64,000 nucleotides of DNA from a virus, in the IMG/VR virus record IMGVR_UViG_3300045988_079322; one strand, given 5' to 3'. The position numbers were made by a program, and so were the translations under genes. Positions 47,332-58,366 of the stretch are shown piece after piece. The number at the start of each line of letters is the position of its first letter. Positions within the stretch are counted from its first letter, which is position 1. The notes beneath the pieces were generated by a model, which saw only the letters and a list, made by a program, of their open reading frames with translations, was not told the origin of the DNA and made no database searches.

Positions 47332-47483
47332 ATCCTATTTTCTGGATTTTAGTTGTACTTGCTCTTGTTGCAATATGGTTCTTGCTAAATTTCACATTTA
47401 GGAAGATTGGAAAATTCTTTATTAAAATCTATTATAGAACCCGAAAGCGTTTGGGTCTTGAGGAAAGAAAGGAAAGTAAATAA
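47328..47483 (+). CDS. small membrane protein 51 aa
   Basis: overlapping start/stop ATGA; IFWILVVLALVAIWFLL. Confidence 0.35.
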   Translation: MNPIFWILVVLALVAIWFLLNFTFRKIGKFFIKIYYRTRKRLGLEERKESK

Positions 47484-48379
47484 TGAAGAAAAGCGGAATT
47501 ATTGGTGGCGTTATTGTTGCCTTGGTTTTGATTTTTGGTTTGATTGCCGCAATTACTTGTTTGGAGAAGGTGCCGACAGGCTATGTTGGAGTTGTTTATA
47601 ACATGAGCGGCGGTGTTGATGGAGAGGTTCTGACGCAGGGTTGGCATCTTGTCTCTCCCACTAAGAAGGTGACAACTTATTCTATCGGCCTTGAGCAGTC
47701 TTATCTAACCTCCGATGACCGTGGAGATTCTCCCAATGATGAGAGCTTTAATGTTCCCACTAGCGATGGTAAGACCGTAAAGGTAAATCTTGAGTTCTCT
47801 TATCGCTTTGATGAAGCGCGCGTAGCAGAGACATTTACTTTGTTCAAGGGTAAAGATGGAGAGACTATTAAGGATACCTTCATTAAGCCTAAGATTGTGG
47901 CTTGGACTCAGGAGGTAACTGCTAATTATCCCGTAACCGATATTTTTGGCGACCAGCGTACTGCGATCAATGCTGAGTTGGATGTCTACCTTCGTGAGAA
48001 GTTTGACCAGTATGGTATTATTATTGATACCGTGAACTTTACCGACATCTCTGTCGACAATGAAACCGCAGAGGCTATTCAGAAGAAGGTAAATGCTCAG
48101 CAGGAGCTTGAGCTTGCAAACATTGAGGCTCAGACTGCAAAGGTACAGGCAGAGAAAGACAAGGAAGTTGCTGAAATTCAGGCTGAGCAGGCTTTGATTA
48201 AGGCGCAGGCCGAGGCTGATGCTCTTGAGATTGCTGCCCAGGCGGAAGCAGAAGCTAACTCCAAAATCGCTGCTTCTCTTACTCCCGAGTTGATTGAAAA
48301 GATTAAGTATGAACAGTGGAATGGCCAGATGCCTTCTACTATGACAGGAACAGATTCTTCTATTCTGATTACCCCTTAA
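47483..48379 (+). CDS. SPFH/band-7 (prohibitin/HflK-like) membrane protein
   Basis: N-terminal TM then SPFH domain, Ala/Glu-rich coiled-coil tail. Confidence 0.65.
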   Translation: MKKSGIIGGVIVALVLIFGLIAAITCLEKVPTGYVGVVYNMSGGVDGEVLTQGWHLVSPTKKVTTYSIGLEQSYLTSDDRGDSPNDESFNVPTSDGKTVKVNLEFSYRFDEARVAETFTLFKGKDGETIKDTFIKPKIVAWTQEVTANYPVTDIFGDQRTAINAELDVYLREKFDQYGIIIDTVNFTDISVDNETAEAIQKKVNAQQELELANIEAQTAKVQAEKDKEVAEIQAEQALIKAQAEADALEIAAQAEAEANSKIAASLTPELIEKIKYEQWNGQMPSTMTGTDSSILITP

Positions 48380-48418
48380 TTTTAACCCTCCAGGTTTTTA
48401 ACCTGGAGGGTTTTCTTT
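48380..48418 (+). terminator. rho-independent terminator
   Basis: ccctccaggtt tttaa cctggaggg ttttctttt. Confidence 0.65.
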
Positions 48419-48420
48419 TG

Positions 48421-48485
48421 CCACTAGCCTCGTTCTGCTCCGAGTTTCCGTTCGCGCAGGCTCACCAAATTTTTCTTTCAAAATC
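48421..48485 (+). promoter_or_regulatory. conserved ~60-nt post-terminator element (copy 2)
   Basis: cctcgttctgctccgagtttccgttcgcgcaggctcaccaaatttttctttcaaaa. Confidence 0.45.
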
Positions 48486-48560
48486 CTTAAAATTGGATTT
48501 TTCTATAAATAAATGATATAATTTTAATATAAAGATTTAAAAGATTAGGAGAAAACAATA

Positions 48561-49022
48561 ATGAGTGTTATTAGTGCTATATATAAAGCTCCAACAATTA
48601 CATAGCTAGTTAATGAAAAATCTGGCATATGTATTGTTGGAATTAATTATAATGGAAAAATCTTTAGCGGACGAGCCAAGTTAGCGGAAAGCGATAAAGA
48701 TTTTTTTTCTGAAAAGGTAGGTAAAACTATCGCTTTATCAAAAGCAAGAATAAATGCTATGCAATATGAAATGAAAAAAACTCGCAAAGAATTACAATAT
48801 AGATATGACTATTATCAAGAGGCAACAAAATATGAGCGATTAAGTCCTGCGGAAGTTGACCCTACTGGAAACTTTTATTATGCAATTGGACGCTGCTCAG
48901 CTCGAATTTCCGCGCTTGAAAAAGCATTAAAAACAGAAGAAACTAACTTAAAAACTTACATTAAAAATCAAACTAAGGCGCTCTCGATAGTTAGAAAATT
49001 TCGTCAGGGCAATAATAATTAA
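48561..49022 (+). CDS. hypothetical protein ~153 aa (1 TAG), paralogue of 26692..27027
   Basis: frame open through TAG at 48603; track ORF 48759..49022 is C-terminal part. Confidence 0.45.
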
Positions 49023-49067
49023 ATCTCCTTCTTTTTTTGTTATATATAAAGAAGAAGGTGGTACATT

Positions 49068-49298
49068 TTGTTATATTTACTTATAGGTATTCTTATTGGA
49101 TCGTTGGGTATTCCAATCATTTTGGACTTGAAAGAGCTTATTTCTGTCTTTGTAGAACTCTTAAAAGCGAGATTAAGTATAAAAATAGTAGAGTGTAATG
49201 CTAAAATAGATAAATTAAATAACTCTATAAATAAGAGTGTAAAAGTTATAGGATTTACTACTACTACATCAGAAGAGGAAGAGGAAAATTATGAATAA
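49068..49298 (+). CDS. small membrane protein 76 aa (TTG start)
   Basis: ORF track. Confidence 0.35.
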   Translation: MLYLLIGILIGSLGIPIILDLKELISVFVELLKARLSIKIVECNAKIDKLNNSINKSVKVIGFTTTTSEEEEENYE

Positions 49299-50547
49299 AG
49301 ATATTCGGTTCTATGATACTTGTTCACTATTGATATGCGGAGAAGGCTTATTCAATAATGATGAAAAATTTATTGTATCATCAATTACTTTTCAGGAATT
49401 GGAAAGAATTAAAACCGCTAACAATAAAGATTCAGATATAAAATATTCAGCTAGATTATTGCTACATTTATTTGAAACGCACCCTGATATGTATGAAGTA
49501 GTAATCCATCAAACAGATTTTGAAGACTATATTAAAGAAATGTGTCTTGACGTAACGGATGATACAAGGATACTGTCTGATGCAATTTGGTATAATAATA
49601 ATAAAAGAGTGGATGAAGTCATCTTTGTAACAAATGATTTAAGCCTAAAGCATATTGCAAATCTATTCTTCGGGTCTGACATGATAGAAAGTATTCCAGA
49701 AGAAACTGATAATTATAGTGGATATAAAGAAATTTCTGCTAGTGATGAGAATCTTACAGAGTTTTATCAAAAACCAGAGCTGAATCATTTTAATCTTCAT
49801 GTTGGAGAATATCTCATTATAAGAGATATGGATGATAAAGTGGTAGATTTGAGAGTATGGACTGGAAACGACCATAGATATCTAAATTATAATGACTTTA
49901 ATTCAAACTGGTTTGGAAAAGTAAAGCCATATCAAAATGATATTTACCAAAAATTACTTTTTGATAGCTTATCTAATAATAAAATTACCTTGATTAAAGG
50001 GCCTGCGGGATCTGGTAAAACATTTATTAGCTTAGCCTATTTAATGTCTAAGCTAGAAAAAGGCGAACTTGATCATATTATTGTATTTTGCAATACCGTT
50101 GCCACAGCCAATAGTGCAAGATTAGGATTTCTACCTGGAACAAGAGATGAAAAACTATTAGACTCTCAAATCGGCAATCTCCTAATATCTAAATTCGGCG
50201 GTAGAACGGGAGTAGAACATCTTATGAGCGAAGAAAAATTAATTTTACTACCAATGTCGGATATTAGAGGATATGATACCAATGGTTCAAGAGCAGGTAT
50301 ATACATTTCTGAAGCTCAGAATTTAGATCGTACACTTATTAAGTTGGCTCTTCAAAGAATTGGAGAGGATTGCATTTGTATCATTGACGGCGATGAAAAA
50401 ACTCAAGTTGATGATATTCATTTTGCTGGCATAAACAATGGAATGAAACGAGTTTCTAAAGTTTATAGAGGACAAGATATATACGGTGAAGTAGAACTCC
50501 GTAATATTTATAGATCTAGAATCGCGCAAATAGCTGAATATATTTGA
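49291..50547 (+). CDS. phoH: PhoH-like ATPase with N-terminal PIN domain
   Basis: Walker A LIKGPAGSGKTF. Confidence 0.7.
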   Translation: MNKDIRFYDTCSLLICGEGLFNNDEKFIVSSITFQELERIKTANNKDSDIKYSARLLLHLFETHPDMYEVVIHQTDFEDYIKEMCLDVTDDTRILSDAIWYNNNKRVDEVIFVTNDLSLKHIANLFFGSDMIESIPEETDNYSGYKEISASDENLTEFYQKPELNHFNLHVGEYLIIRDMDDKVVDLRVWTGNDHRYLNYNDFNSNWFGKVKPYQNDIYQKLLFDSLSNNKITLIKGPAGSGKTFISLAYLMSKLEKGELDHIIVFCNTVATANSARLGFLPGTRDEKLLDSQIGNLLISKFGGRTGVEHLMSEEKLILLPMSDIRGYDTNGSRAGIYISEAQNLDRTLIKLALQRIGEDCICIIDGDEKTQVDDIHFAGINNGMKRVSKVYRGQDIYGEVELRNIYRSRIAQIAEYI

Positions 50548-50590
50548 TTTAAACCCAATCTCTTTAGAGATTGGGTTTTATTATTGAAAG
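50548..50590 (+). terminator. rho-independent terminator
   Basis: aacccaatctc ttta gagattgggtt ttatt. Confidence 0.65.
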
Positions 50591-50600
50591 GAGATAAAGT

Positions 50601-51455
50601 ATGGGATATAGTATCAAAAAACATAGTCTCTATTCTTATGTTCAAATTGTAACAATTCCCTTCACAGACATTGAAAAAATTGACTTTGCCTTATGCAATC
50701 AACCGACGGAAACTCCAGATGCTTATTATAAAAGACAGGCTACTAAACCAGATATTATTACTAATGGAGGTTTCTTTGCCATGAATAATGGCAACACCTG
50801 CTTTAGTTATAAAGACGAAGGAACTGTTATTTAGTCTGATTTTCGTCATGGAGTTGCAATTAGCGGCAATAAAACACTTATATATACAACATTAAAAGAT
50901 TATGAAACCGCTAGAGATTTTATCGCAGCTTATCCTGCATTAATTGTAGATAGCAAAAAAGTAGTTATAACAGATGGAAAAGAATTAGATTATAAAGCCC
51001 GCAGGACTTGTATTGGATGGAATAAAAATAATTATTATATTGTAACCGTAGATTCTCCAGGTCTTGTTTATGCTGCCCTATAGCAAATTTTTCTTGAATT
51101 GAAAGTAGAATATGCTATTAATTTAGATGGAGGCGGATCTACTAGATTACTAATAGATGGGAAAAGAAAAACTTCTCAAATTTATGCAAGATCAGTTGAT
51201 AATGTAATGTGTGTATATTTTAAGAAAGAACAAGAGGTAGTTCTTTACAGAGTTCAAGTAGGAGCATTTCTATCTAAAACCAATGCAGAGAATATGTTAA
51301 AGGAATTGGAAGAGAAAGGATTTAGCGGGTATGTCAAGAAAGTAGGAATTTTTTATAAAGTTCAATTAGGTGCTTTCTCTGTGAAATTAAATGCAGAAAG
51401 ACTAAAAGATAAATTAAAATCTGCTGGATATAGCTCTTTCATTACAAAAAAATAA
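50601..51455 (+). CDS. phosphodiester-glycosidase (NAGPA-like) domain protein with two C-terminal SPOR repeats (2 TAG)
   Basis: INLDGGGSTRL; SPOR-like YRVQVGAF...KVQLGAF; joins 50601..50834 and 51099..51455. Confidence 0.5.
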
Positions 51456-51457
51456 AA

Positions 51458-51937
51458 ATGACTAATGCTCAAATTATTTGGAAATACTTTAAAGGCAAAG
51501 GTTTTAGTGATTGCGGAATTGCCGGTTTAATGGGTAATCTTTATGCCGAAAGTGGTCTTAATTCTATTAACTTATAGAACACCTATGAAAAAAAATTAAA
51601 AATGACCGACGCAGGATATACCTCCGCAGTTGATGATGGAAGGTATAAAAACTTTGTAAAAGATGGAGCGGGATATGGATTGGCTCAATGGACATTTTGG
51701 AGCAGAAAACAAAATTTGCTTTAGTTCTGTCAAAGTCGAGGTAAATCCATTGGAGATTTAAATACTCAATTAGATTTTTTATATTAGGAGTTAATTACAA
51801 GTTTTTCTAGTTTAGTTAAAATTTTGATTTCTGCCACTTCTGTCACAGAAGCCTCTACCGCAGTATTACTCTAGTTTGAAAGACCTTCAGACTAGAGTTT
51901 TTCTATGCAACAAAAGAGGGCTAATTATGGTCAATAG
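51458..51937 (+). CDS. phage tail-lysozyme-like peptidoglycan hydrolase domain (6 TAG); no TAA/TGA before the amidase gene, so possibly fused with 51989..52864
   Basis: IAGLMGNLYAESGL ... GYGLAQWT ... ERPSDQ...YY. Confidence 0.45.
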
Positions 51938-51988
51938 TATTATAATAAATTTGCTAACATTTCAAATGTAATTGAAGGAGGTAATAAA

Positions 51989-52864
51989 ATGAAATATAGC
52001 GATAGCAATAAACCACTTCAATGTATGATGACAAATAGCACTTGCTATAAACAAACACGCACCATGCAAGTTAAAGGAATCTTATGGCATAGTACTGGTG
52101 CAAATAATCCTAATTTAAAAAGATATGTATAGCCAAGCGATAATGATCCTAACTACACCAGTTTAATAAATAAATTAGGAAAAAATACTAGCAAGAATGA
52201 CTGGAATCATATATCTGTTCAAGCTGGATTAAACTGTTGGATTGGTAAATTGGCTGATGGAACAGTAACAACAGTATAGACAATGCCATGGAATTATCGT
52301 CCTTGGGGATGCGGTTCTGGGTCTAAAGGTTCTTGTAATAATGGATGGATTCAGTTTGAAATTTGCGAAGATGGATTAAATGATGCAAATTATTTTAACA
52401 AAATTTATGAAGAGGCTTGTCAAATTACTGCTTATTTATGTAAAATGTATAACATAAATCCATTGGGAACCACTACTTTAAATGGTATCACCGTTCCGAC
52501 TATTTTATGTCATGCTGATAGTCACAAGCTAGGATTAGGATCTAATCATGCAGATGTAAACCATTGGTTTCCAAAATTTGGGAAAAGCATGGAAACCGCA
52601 AGAACAGATGTTTATAATTTAATGTCAAATATCTAGGAGGATGATGAAGATATGACTGACGAGAAATTCGCTGAACTTATGAATACTTGGCTTACTAATA
52701 AAGCTAATGAAAAAGAAACTTGGGGCACCGATAATCTTGAATGGGCTAAAGCGAATGGGATTATGGCTGGAGACAGTGCTGGAAGAATGATGCCAAATAA
52801 ATTCTGCACTAGATTAGAAACTGTAACTATGTTAAGAAGATTGGCTGAAAAGCTAGGACTTTAA
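51989..52864 (+). CDS. N-acetylmuramoyl-L-alanine amidase (Amidase_2/PGRP) endolysin (3 TAG)
   Basis: RBS gaaggaggtaataaa; ILCHADSHKLGLGSNHADVNHWF; track ORFs 52283.. and 52652.. are in-frame parts. Confidence 0.6.
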
Positions 52865-52865
52865 G

Positions 52866-53150
52866 ATGAAAAAGATAGAATTTTCTAAGAAGCTCATAAA
52901 TGATATTCGCTTGCTATTGTGGATTATAACCATATCAGGAATACTTTTAGCATTTATGTGCGTCTTATTGGGTTATTTGGGGACTTTGCCATGGATTAGT
53001 GCTCTTATAGGTTTACCATGGAGTGCTCATGGTATAGTTTGCTCCTTCTATTTAACAATGGCTAAATCAGATCATAAAAAGGGTGGAATAACCTACGATT
53101 TAGCTTTAAAAGAAATTGAATCTAATTCCGCATCTACATATACTGTTTAG
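52866..53150 (+). CDS. holin candidate (2-TM small membrane protein)
   Basis: adjacent to endolysin; two hydrophobic helices. Confidence 0.4.
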   Translation: MKKIEFSKKLINDIRLLLWIITISGILLAFMCVLLGYLGTLPWISALIGLPWSAHGIVCSFYLTMAKSDHKKGGITYDLALKEIESNSASTYTV

Positions 53151-53211
53151 GCAGAAGATTTTTCGGCATCTAATGATATTCCTATTGATCTCGATGGACC
53201 TATTTAATATA

Positions 53212-53252
53212 AAGGCTTAATGGGTATTTATCCCATTAAGCCTTTATTTGTT
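53212..53252 (+). terminator. rho-independent terminator
   Basis: aaaggcttaatggg tattt atcccattaagccttt atttgtttg. Confidence 0.65.
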
Positions 53253-53333
53253 TGTAGCTTGATTTTTCTTAAAATATATGATATTATATATTCAGAAAAT
53301 GAAAAGAATTAAAATAAAGGAGATTTATGTCTT

Positions 53334-53795
53334 ATGACTATATATACCGATGGTTCCTGCCTAGGTAATCCTGGGCCAGGAGGTTTTGGAGTTATTGTAG
53401 TTGATAATGATGTCGTTATAGATGCTTACTCAGAACGCGAACCACGAACTACAAACAATAGAGAGGAAATGAAAGCTATTATATACGCGCTAGAACACTA
53501 TGGTGCAAAAGAGGGAGATTTCTTTGTCCCAATAGTCTATAGCGATTCTTCTTATTGTGTAAATAGTTTCAATTCATGGATAAATAGCTGGAAAGCAAAT
53601 GGATGGGTGCGCGCAGGCGGAAAGAAACTTGAAAATCTTGATTTAATTAAAATTTATGATATGCTAAGACAAGATTACAAGATTGATCTAAGAAAAATTA
53701 AAGGTCATGATGGTGAGCTTTATAATGAACTAGCCGACGCGCTAGCTACTGAAAGAATGACTAAAGAAGAAATTTTAAGAGAGTATGGTGAATAA
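53334..53795 (+). CDS. rnhA: ribonuclease HI
   Basis: IYTDGSCLGNPGPGG ... ELADALA. Confidence 0.75.
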   Translation: MTIYTDGSCLGNPGPGGFGVIVVDNDVVIDAYSEREPRTTNNREEMKAIIYALEHYGAKEGDFFVPIVYSDSSYCVNSFNSWINSWKANGWVRAGGKKLENLDLIKIYDMLRQDYKIDLRKIKGHDGELYNELADALATERMTKEEILREYGE

Positions 53796-55685
53796 ATGGC
53801 TGGAAAATTATATGATGAAAAAAGTATTGAATCTCTTTCTCCTCTTGAATTTACTCGTTTAAGACCCGGAGTTTATTGCGGAGACACATCTACTTCCACG
53901 CAGTTGGTCGTAGAGATTGTTTCTAATGCCGTTGATGAATTTAGATTAGGTCATGGAAATTTAATCACAGTAGAAATCCTTGGGGCAAGAGTTACAGTTA
54001 GCGATCAGGGACAAGGATTCATTCCAAATTCTTTTAGAGAAGATGGAAAGACAATTCTTGAAGCTGCTTTCAGTGTCTTAAATACAAGCGGAAAATATAG
54101 AGAAGATGGAACTTATGAAGGTACTTCTTTAGGTAGCTTTGGTATAGGTAGTAAACTCGCTACTTATCTCAGTCACGAATTAATTGTTACAACATATAGA
54201 GATGGACAGGGAGAGCGAATCACTTTTAATGAGGGAGTTTTCGCAGATAGAGATTCTACTGAGGTTGATAAAAATATTCATGGAACTTCTGTATTCTGGA
54301 GAGCAAGCGAGGAGTTTTTCACTGATCCTCGTCCAGATGTAAAGGCTCTAACTGAACTGTTTAAAACTATTGTATGTCTCTGTCCGGGTTTAACTATCAA
54401 GCTCGATAACAACGGAGAAAAAACAGAATTCTTCTCAAAGAATGGTCTAATGGATTTACTAGACGAGGCCGTTAAAGGAAAAGAGATCTTAAAGAATCGT
54501 CTATCAATTAATTTTTCCGAAGCTAAAAATAAGTTGGATTTAGCTCTAACTTATACAAATAATTATTCTTCTACCATTGTTCCTTATGTTAATACTGGTT
54601 TAACAGAAGCAGGTCCACATATTACGCAAATTAAAACCCTTTTAACAAGAGAAATGAATAAGTTTTTCCGTGAAAAAGGGTGGCTAAAAGAAAAAGACGA
54701 TAATCTTACCGGCGAAGACTGTCAAGAGGGAATGTATCTCGTCTTTAATATTACCGCTCCCAATGTGGCCTATGACGCGCAGGTTAAGTCAAGAATCACA
54801 AAACTTGATATGAAACCATTTACTCAAGCAATAGCAGAGGAATTGCAATATTGGTTTGCAGCAAACGAAAAAGATATAAAAGGAATCGCGGACAAGGCGC
54901 TTAATGCGCGTAAAGCTAGAGAAGCAGCCAGAAAAGCTAGAGAAGCAGCCAGAGGATTAAAGCCTAAAAAAGAAAATGGACTAAAGGCAAAAATGCAAAT
55001 TAGTAATAAATTTATTGATTGCATAAACAAAAATCCCAAAGAGCGAAATCTACTTCTCGTAGAGGGTTTGTCTGCTGGCGCTTCTGCCGTGGAAGCCCGC
55101 AATCCAAAAACAGACTGTATTTATATGTTAAGAGGTAAAATTATTTCTCCCTTAAAAACTGCCATAGAGAAGATTTTATCTAACCAAGAAATGTCTGATA
55201 TAGTTAGAGTTATAGGCGGCGGATTTGGAACTTCTTTTGATGTATCAAAGATAAATTTTGATAAAGTAGTTATTACTGCTGATGCTGATAGCGATGGGGC
55301 AGATATTGAGCTAATGCTTATTACATTCTTCTTTACTTATATGCGTCCATTGGTAGAGGCGGGTAAGCTATATCGAGCTGTAACTCCCCTATATATTGTT
55401 CGCCAAAGAGGAAACGAATATTACTGTTACTCTGACGATGAGCTAGAAGAGTGGAAAAAAAGTCATAGTGGCTCTTATGATATTTTAAGAGCAAAGGGAC
55501 TCGGAGAATTAAATCCAGAAGATTTGCAGAAAGTTTGCTTCATGAATGAAAGATATAAAAGAATCACTATCTCTGATGCAGAAGAGGCTACAAAGCTATT
55601 AAATGTCCTTATGGGTAGTGCAGTTGAACCTAGAAAGCAATATATTTATGACAATGCCAATGAGCTTGGATTTAATTTTGATTAA
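53796..55685 (+). CDS. type II DNA topoisomerase ATPase/Toprim subunit (GyrB/ParE or T4 gp39-like)
   Basis: GHKL ATPase N-term; Toprim LLVEGLSAG; 629 aa. Confidence 0.8.
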   Translation: MAGKLYDEKSIESLSPLEFTRLRPGVYCGDTSTSTQLVVEIVSNAVDEFRLGHGNLITVEILGARVTVSDQGQGFIPNSFREDGKTILEAAFSVLNTSGKYREDGTYEGTSLGSFGIGSKLATYLSHELIVTTYRDGQGERITFNEGVFADRDSTEVDKNIHGTSVFWRASEEFFTDPRPDVKALTELFKTIVCLCPGLTIKLDNNGEKTEFFSKNGLMDLLDEAVKGKEILKNRLSINFSEAKNKLDLALTYTNNYSSTIVPYVNTGLTEAGPHITQIKTLLTREMNKFFREKGWLKEKDDNLTGEDCQEGMYLVFNITAPNVAYDAQVKSRITKLDMKPFTQAIAEELQYWFAANEKDIKGIADKALNARKAREAARKAREAARGLKPKKENGLKAKMQISNKFIDCINKNPKERNLLLVEGLSAGASAVEARNPKTDCIYMLRGKIISPLKTAIEKILSNQEMSDIVRVIGGGFGTSFDVSKINFDKVVITADADSDGADIELMLITFFFTYMRPLVEAGKLYRAVTPLYIVRQRGNEYYCYSDDELEEWKKSHSGSYDILRAKGLGELNPEDLQKVCFMNERYKRITISDAEEATKLLNVLMGSAVEPRKQYIYDNANELGFNFD

Positions 55686-55702
55686 ATGATGGTGGTGGAA
55701 TA

Positions 55703-58066
55703 ATGAGTTTAATTACTGAAGTTGATATTCTTGATGAAGCTAAAGAAAACTTCTTAACTTATGCAGAAGAGGTTCTTACTGATAGAGCTATCCCAGCCGC
55801 AGAAGATGGACTTCTAAGCGCCCAAAGAAAAATTCTTTGGACTATGGAAGATTATTTAAAGATGGATAATAAGAGTAAAACAAAAAAGTGTAATGCTATT
55901 GTTGGTTCTACTCTTGCAACATCTTACTTCCATGGTGATATAGCTTGCTATGGCGTTTTGAGAAAAATGGCTCAATCATTTTTAATGAGATACCCATTGA
56001 TTACAGGTCAGGGGCAACTGGGAACTCAAGAAAATAATGATATGTTTTCATCCTCTCGTTATACGGAGGCCAAGCCTTCATTATTTGCTGATTTGATGAT
56101 GAATGACTACAAGAAGGAAGTTGTTCCAGTTAAAGAAACTTATAATGGAGAATTTATGGAACCTGTAGTTCTTCCTTCTTTATTTCCTAATGCTATCTGT
56201 AACGGACGACAAGCTATCGGAATTTCTATGGCGCATAATTCAGCCCCGCATAATTTAACAGAGGTATGTAACGCAGCCATTGCCCTAATCGAAAAGGGCG
56301 ATCTTACTATTGATGAATTGCTTTCTTATATGCCCGGGCCAGATTTCCCTCTTGGCGGAACTGTCCTAAATATCAAAGATATAAAGTCCGCATTTGAAAC
56401 TGGAAAATCAAAAATCTCTCTTAAAATTCAAGGCGACTATGAGATAGATGGGCAAACAATTACCTTTACAAGTATCCCTTATCGAACTTACAGAAACAAG
56501 ATAAAGGAGCAAATTGAAAAGAATATAGACACATTTAGTGAGCTATTGGATGATTTCGATGATGAATCCAATATTGGGCAAAATAAGTTAGTATTCCATG
56601 TAAAATCTGGTGTATCTATTTCTAAAGCTCTTAATACCTTATTCCTGCTAACTGATTTACAATCTACTCTATCATACAATATGAATTATATTGTAAATGG
56701 AACTCCCAAATTATGCTCAATGCTGGATTTGCTTAAAGAATACATTAAACATCAAGAGACTGTATTAATTAGCGCTACTAAATTTGATAAAGAGAAAGCC
56801 GAAGCAAGAGCACACGTTCTTGAAGGGCTAATCGCCGCAGTTGATAAAATTGATGAAGTAATCAGTTTAATTAAACAGTCTGCGGGAAGAGCCGATGCGA
56901 AAACGAAGCTAATTGAGTTCTTATCTGTTGATGATGTTCAAGCTGGTGCTATCTTGGATATGAAATTAGGAAAACTTACAAGAATTGATAAGGATGAATT
57001 AGTAAATGAACTTCAAGAAAAGAGAAGTTTTATCGCTCAGTGTATAGAAATTCTAACAAAGCAAGAAGTTAGAAATCTCAAACTTGTCGCTAAAATTAAA
57101 GAACTTCGAGATAAATACGGTGATGCCAGAAGAACAAAACTTCTAAATACCGATATCCCTAAAGCTGAAAAAGAGCAAGTGGTAGTAGAAGCCAAAGACT
57201 GTATGGTAATAGTAACAAAAAAGAATACTGTAAAAAGAATAGATATAAAGAACTTTAAGTCTCAAAAGAGGAATACCACTGGAGTAAAGACCAATGGAGA
57301 TATTACAGTATTCTCGCAAAAAACCAATACACAAGATATGTTGATGGTCTTTTCTTCAAAAGGAAAAATGTATCGTGTCCTTGTTGATAATATCCCCGAG
57401 GGTACTAATACTTCTGTCGGTACTCCATTATCAGCAATTATTGAATTTGAAGATAATGAAGTTCCTATTGCTTATACTACTTTAGCGAGAGATACAGATA
57501 AAAAGTTTATATTCTTTGCTACAAAACGAGGAATTATTAAAAAGGTTCCCTTAGAAGAGTATGATGCAATGAAGAGAACCGGTATCGTTGCTATTAAGCT
57601 AAAAGAAAACGACGAGCTTTCTTCAATCACATTTATCAATCAAGAGGAAATGATGTTAGTTACAAAGAATGGTATGGTTATTAGATTCCCAACAGCGGAA
57701 ATGCCAATTTCTTCCAGAACCGCACAAGGAGTTAAGGGTATGAATGTTGCAGAAGATGATTATGTAATTGCTGCATTGCCCATCGACCAAGCTAAATATT
57801 TGGCTATTGTTTCTTCTAACGGATTAGGAAAAAAGGTTGAGTTAAAAGAATTTACATTGCAAAACCGTGGAGGAAAGGGCATCTCCTGTTATAAAGATAC
57901 TATCTCGGGTGCAGAGTTAGTGGATGATGATGATCTGATTTTAATTTCTGGAAATAAAACTTCTATAGTTATTAAAGTGTCAGATTTTCCTTTGTTAAAT
58001 AGAACTTCTATGGGAAATATTATGCTGAAAGATAATGAGCAAATAATTTCAACATCTAAGATTTAA
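55703..58066 (+). CDS. type II DNA topoisomerase breakage-reunion subunit (GyrA/ParC-like)
   Basis: AIPAAEDGLLSAQRKILW; 787 aa with C-terminal beta-pinwheel-like repeats. Confidence 0.8.
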   Translation: MSLITEVDILDEAKENFLTYAEEVLTDRAIPAAEDGLLSAQRKILWTMEDYLKMDNKSKTKKCNAIVGSTLATSYFHGDIACYGVLRKMAQSFLMRYPLITGQGQLGTQENNDMFSSSRYTEAKPSLFADLMMNDYKKEVVPVKETYNGEFMEPVVLPSLFPNAICNGRQAIGISMAHNSAPHNLTEVCNAAIALIEKGDLTIDELLSYMPGPDFPLGGTVLNIKDIKSAFETGKSKISLKIQGDYEIDGQTITFTSIPYRTYRNKIKEQIEKNIDTFSELLDDFDDESNIGQNKLVFHVKSGVSISKALNTLFLLTDLQSTLSYNMNYIVNGTPKLCSMLDLLKEYIKHQETVLISATKFDKEKAEARAHVLEGLIAAVDKIDEVISLIKQSAGRADAKTKLIEFLSVDDVQAGAILDMKLGKLTRIDKDELVNELQEKRSFIAQCIEILTKQEVRNLKLVAKIKELRDKYGDARRTKLLNTDIPKAEKEQVVVEAKDCMVIVTKKNTVKRIDIKNFKSQKRNTTGVKTNGDITVFSQKTNTQDMLMVFSSKGKMYRVLVDNIPEGTNTSVGTPLSAIIEFEDNEVPIAYTTLARDTDKKFIFFATKRGIIKKVPLEEYDAMKRTGIVAIKLKENDELSSITFINQEEMMLVTKNGMVIRFPTAEMPISSRTAQGVKGMNVAEDDYVIAALPIDQAKYLAIVSSNGLGKKVELKEFTLQNRGGKGISCYKDTISGAELVDDDDLILISGNKTSIVIKVSDFPLLNRTSMGNIMLKDNEQIISTSKI

Positions 58067-58068
58067 AG

Positions 58069-58105
58069 ATAAGAGTAGCTTTGCTACTCTTATCTTTAGT
58101 TGACT
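58069..58105 (+). terminator. rho-independent terminator
   Basis: agataagagtagc tttg ctactcttatct tt. Confidence 0.6.
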
Positions 58106-58171
58106 TTTATTTTTAATAAGATTATAATATTATATATAATAAAAGTAATATTATAATAGAAAGGTTATAAT

Positions 58172-58366
58172 ATGGACGATAGAGATAAATTAAAAAAGAT
58201 TGCTCTCTTTGCTCTAGCCGGTATTGTTATATTATTTGTAATAATGATTTCTATTGCAGTACCACTTATTTTAATGATTAAAGTTAGTGTTTGGTTTATA
58301 CTTCTCTATGCCATTCCTGTTGGAGCGGTTTTGGGAGTGTATGTTTATTATGAGGAGTTTGATTAA
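58172..58366 (+). CDS. small membrane protein 64 aa
   Basis: ORF track. Confidence 0.4.
   Translation: MDDRDKLKKIALFALAGIVILFVIMISIAVPLILMIKVSVWFILLYAIPVGAVLGVYVYYEEFD

Noticed and set aside
51935-51937. Treating TAG at 51935 as a definite stop separating lysozyme and amidase genes
   Set aside because: The same codon is clearly sense elsewhere in both genes; left as an open question instead (see finding).
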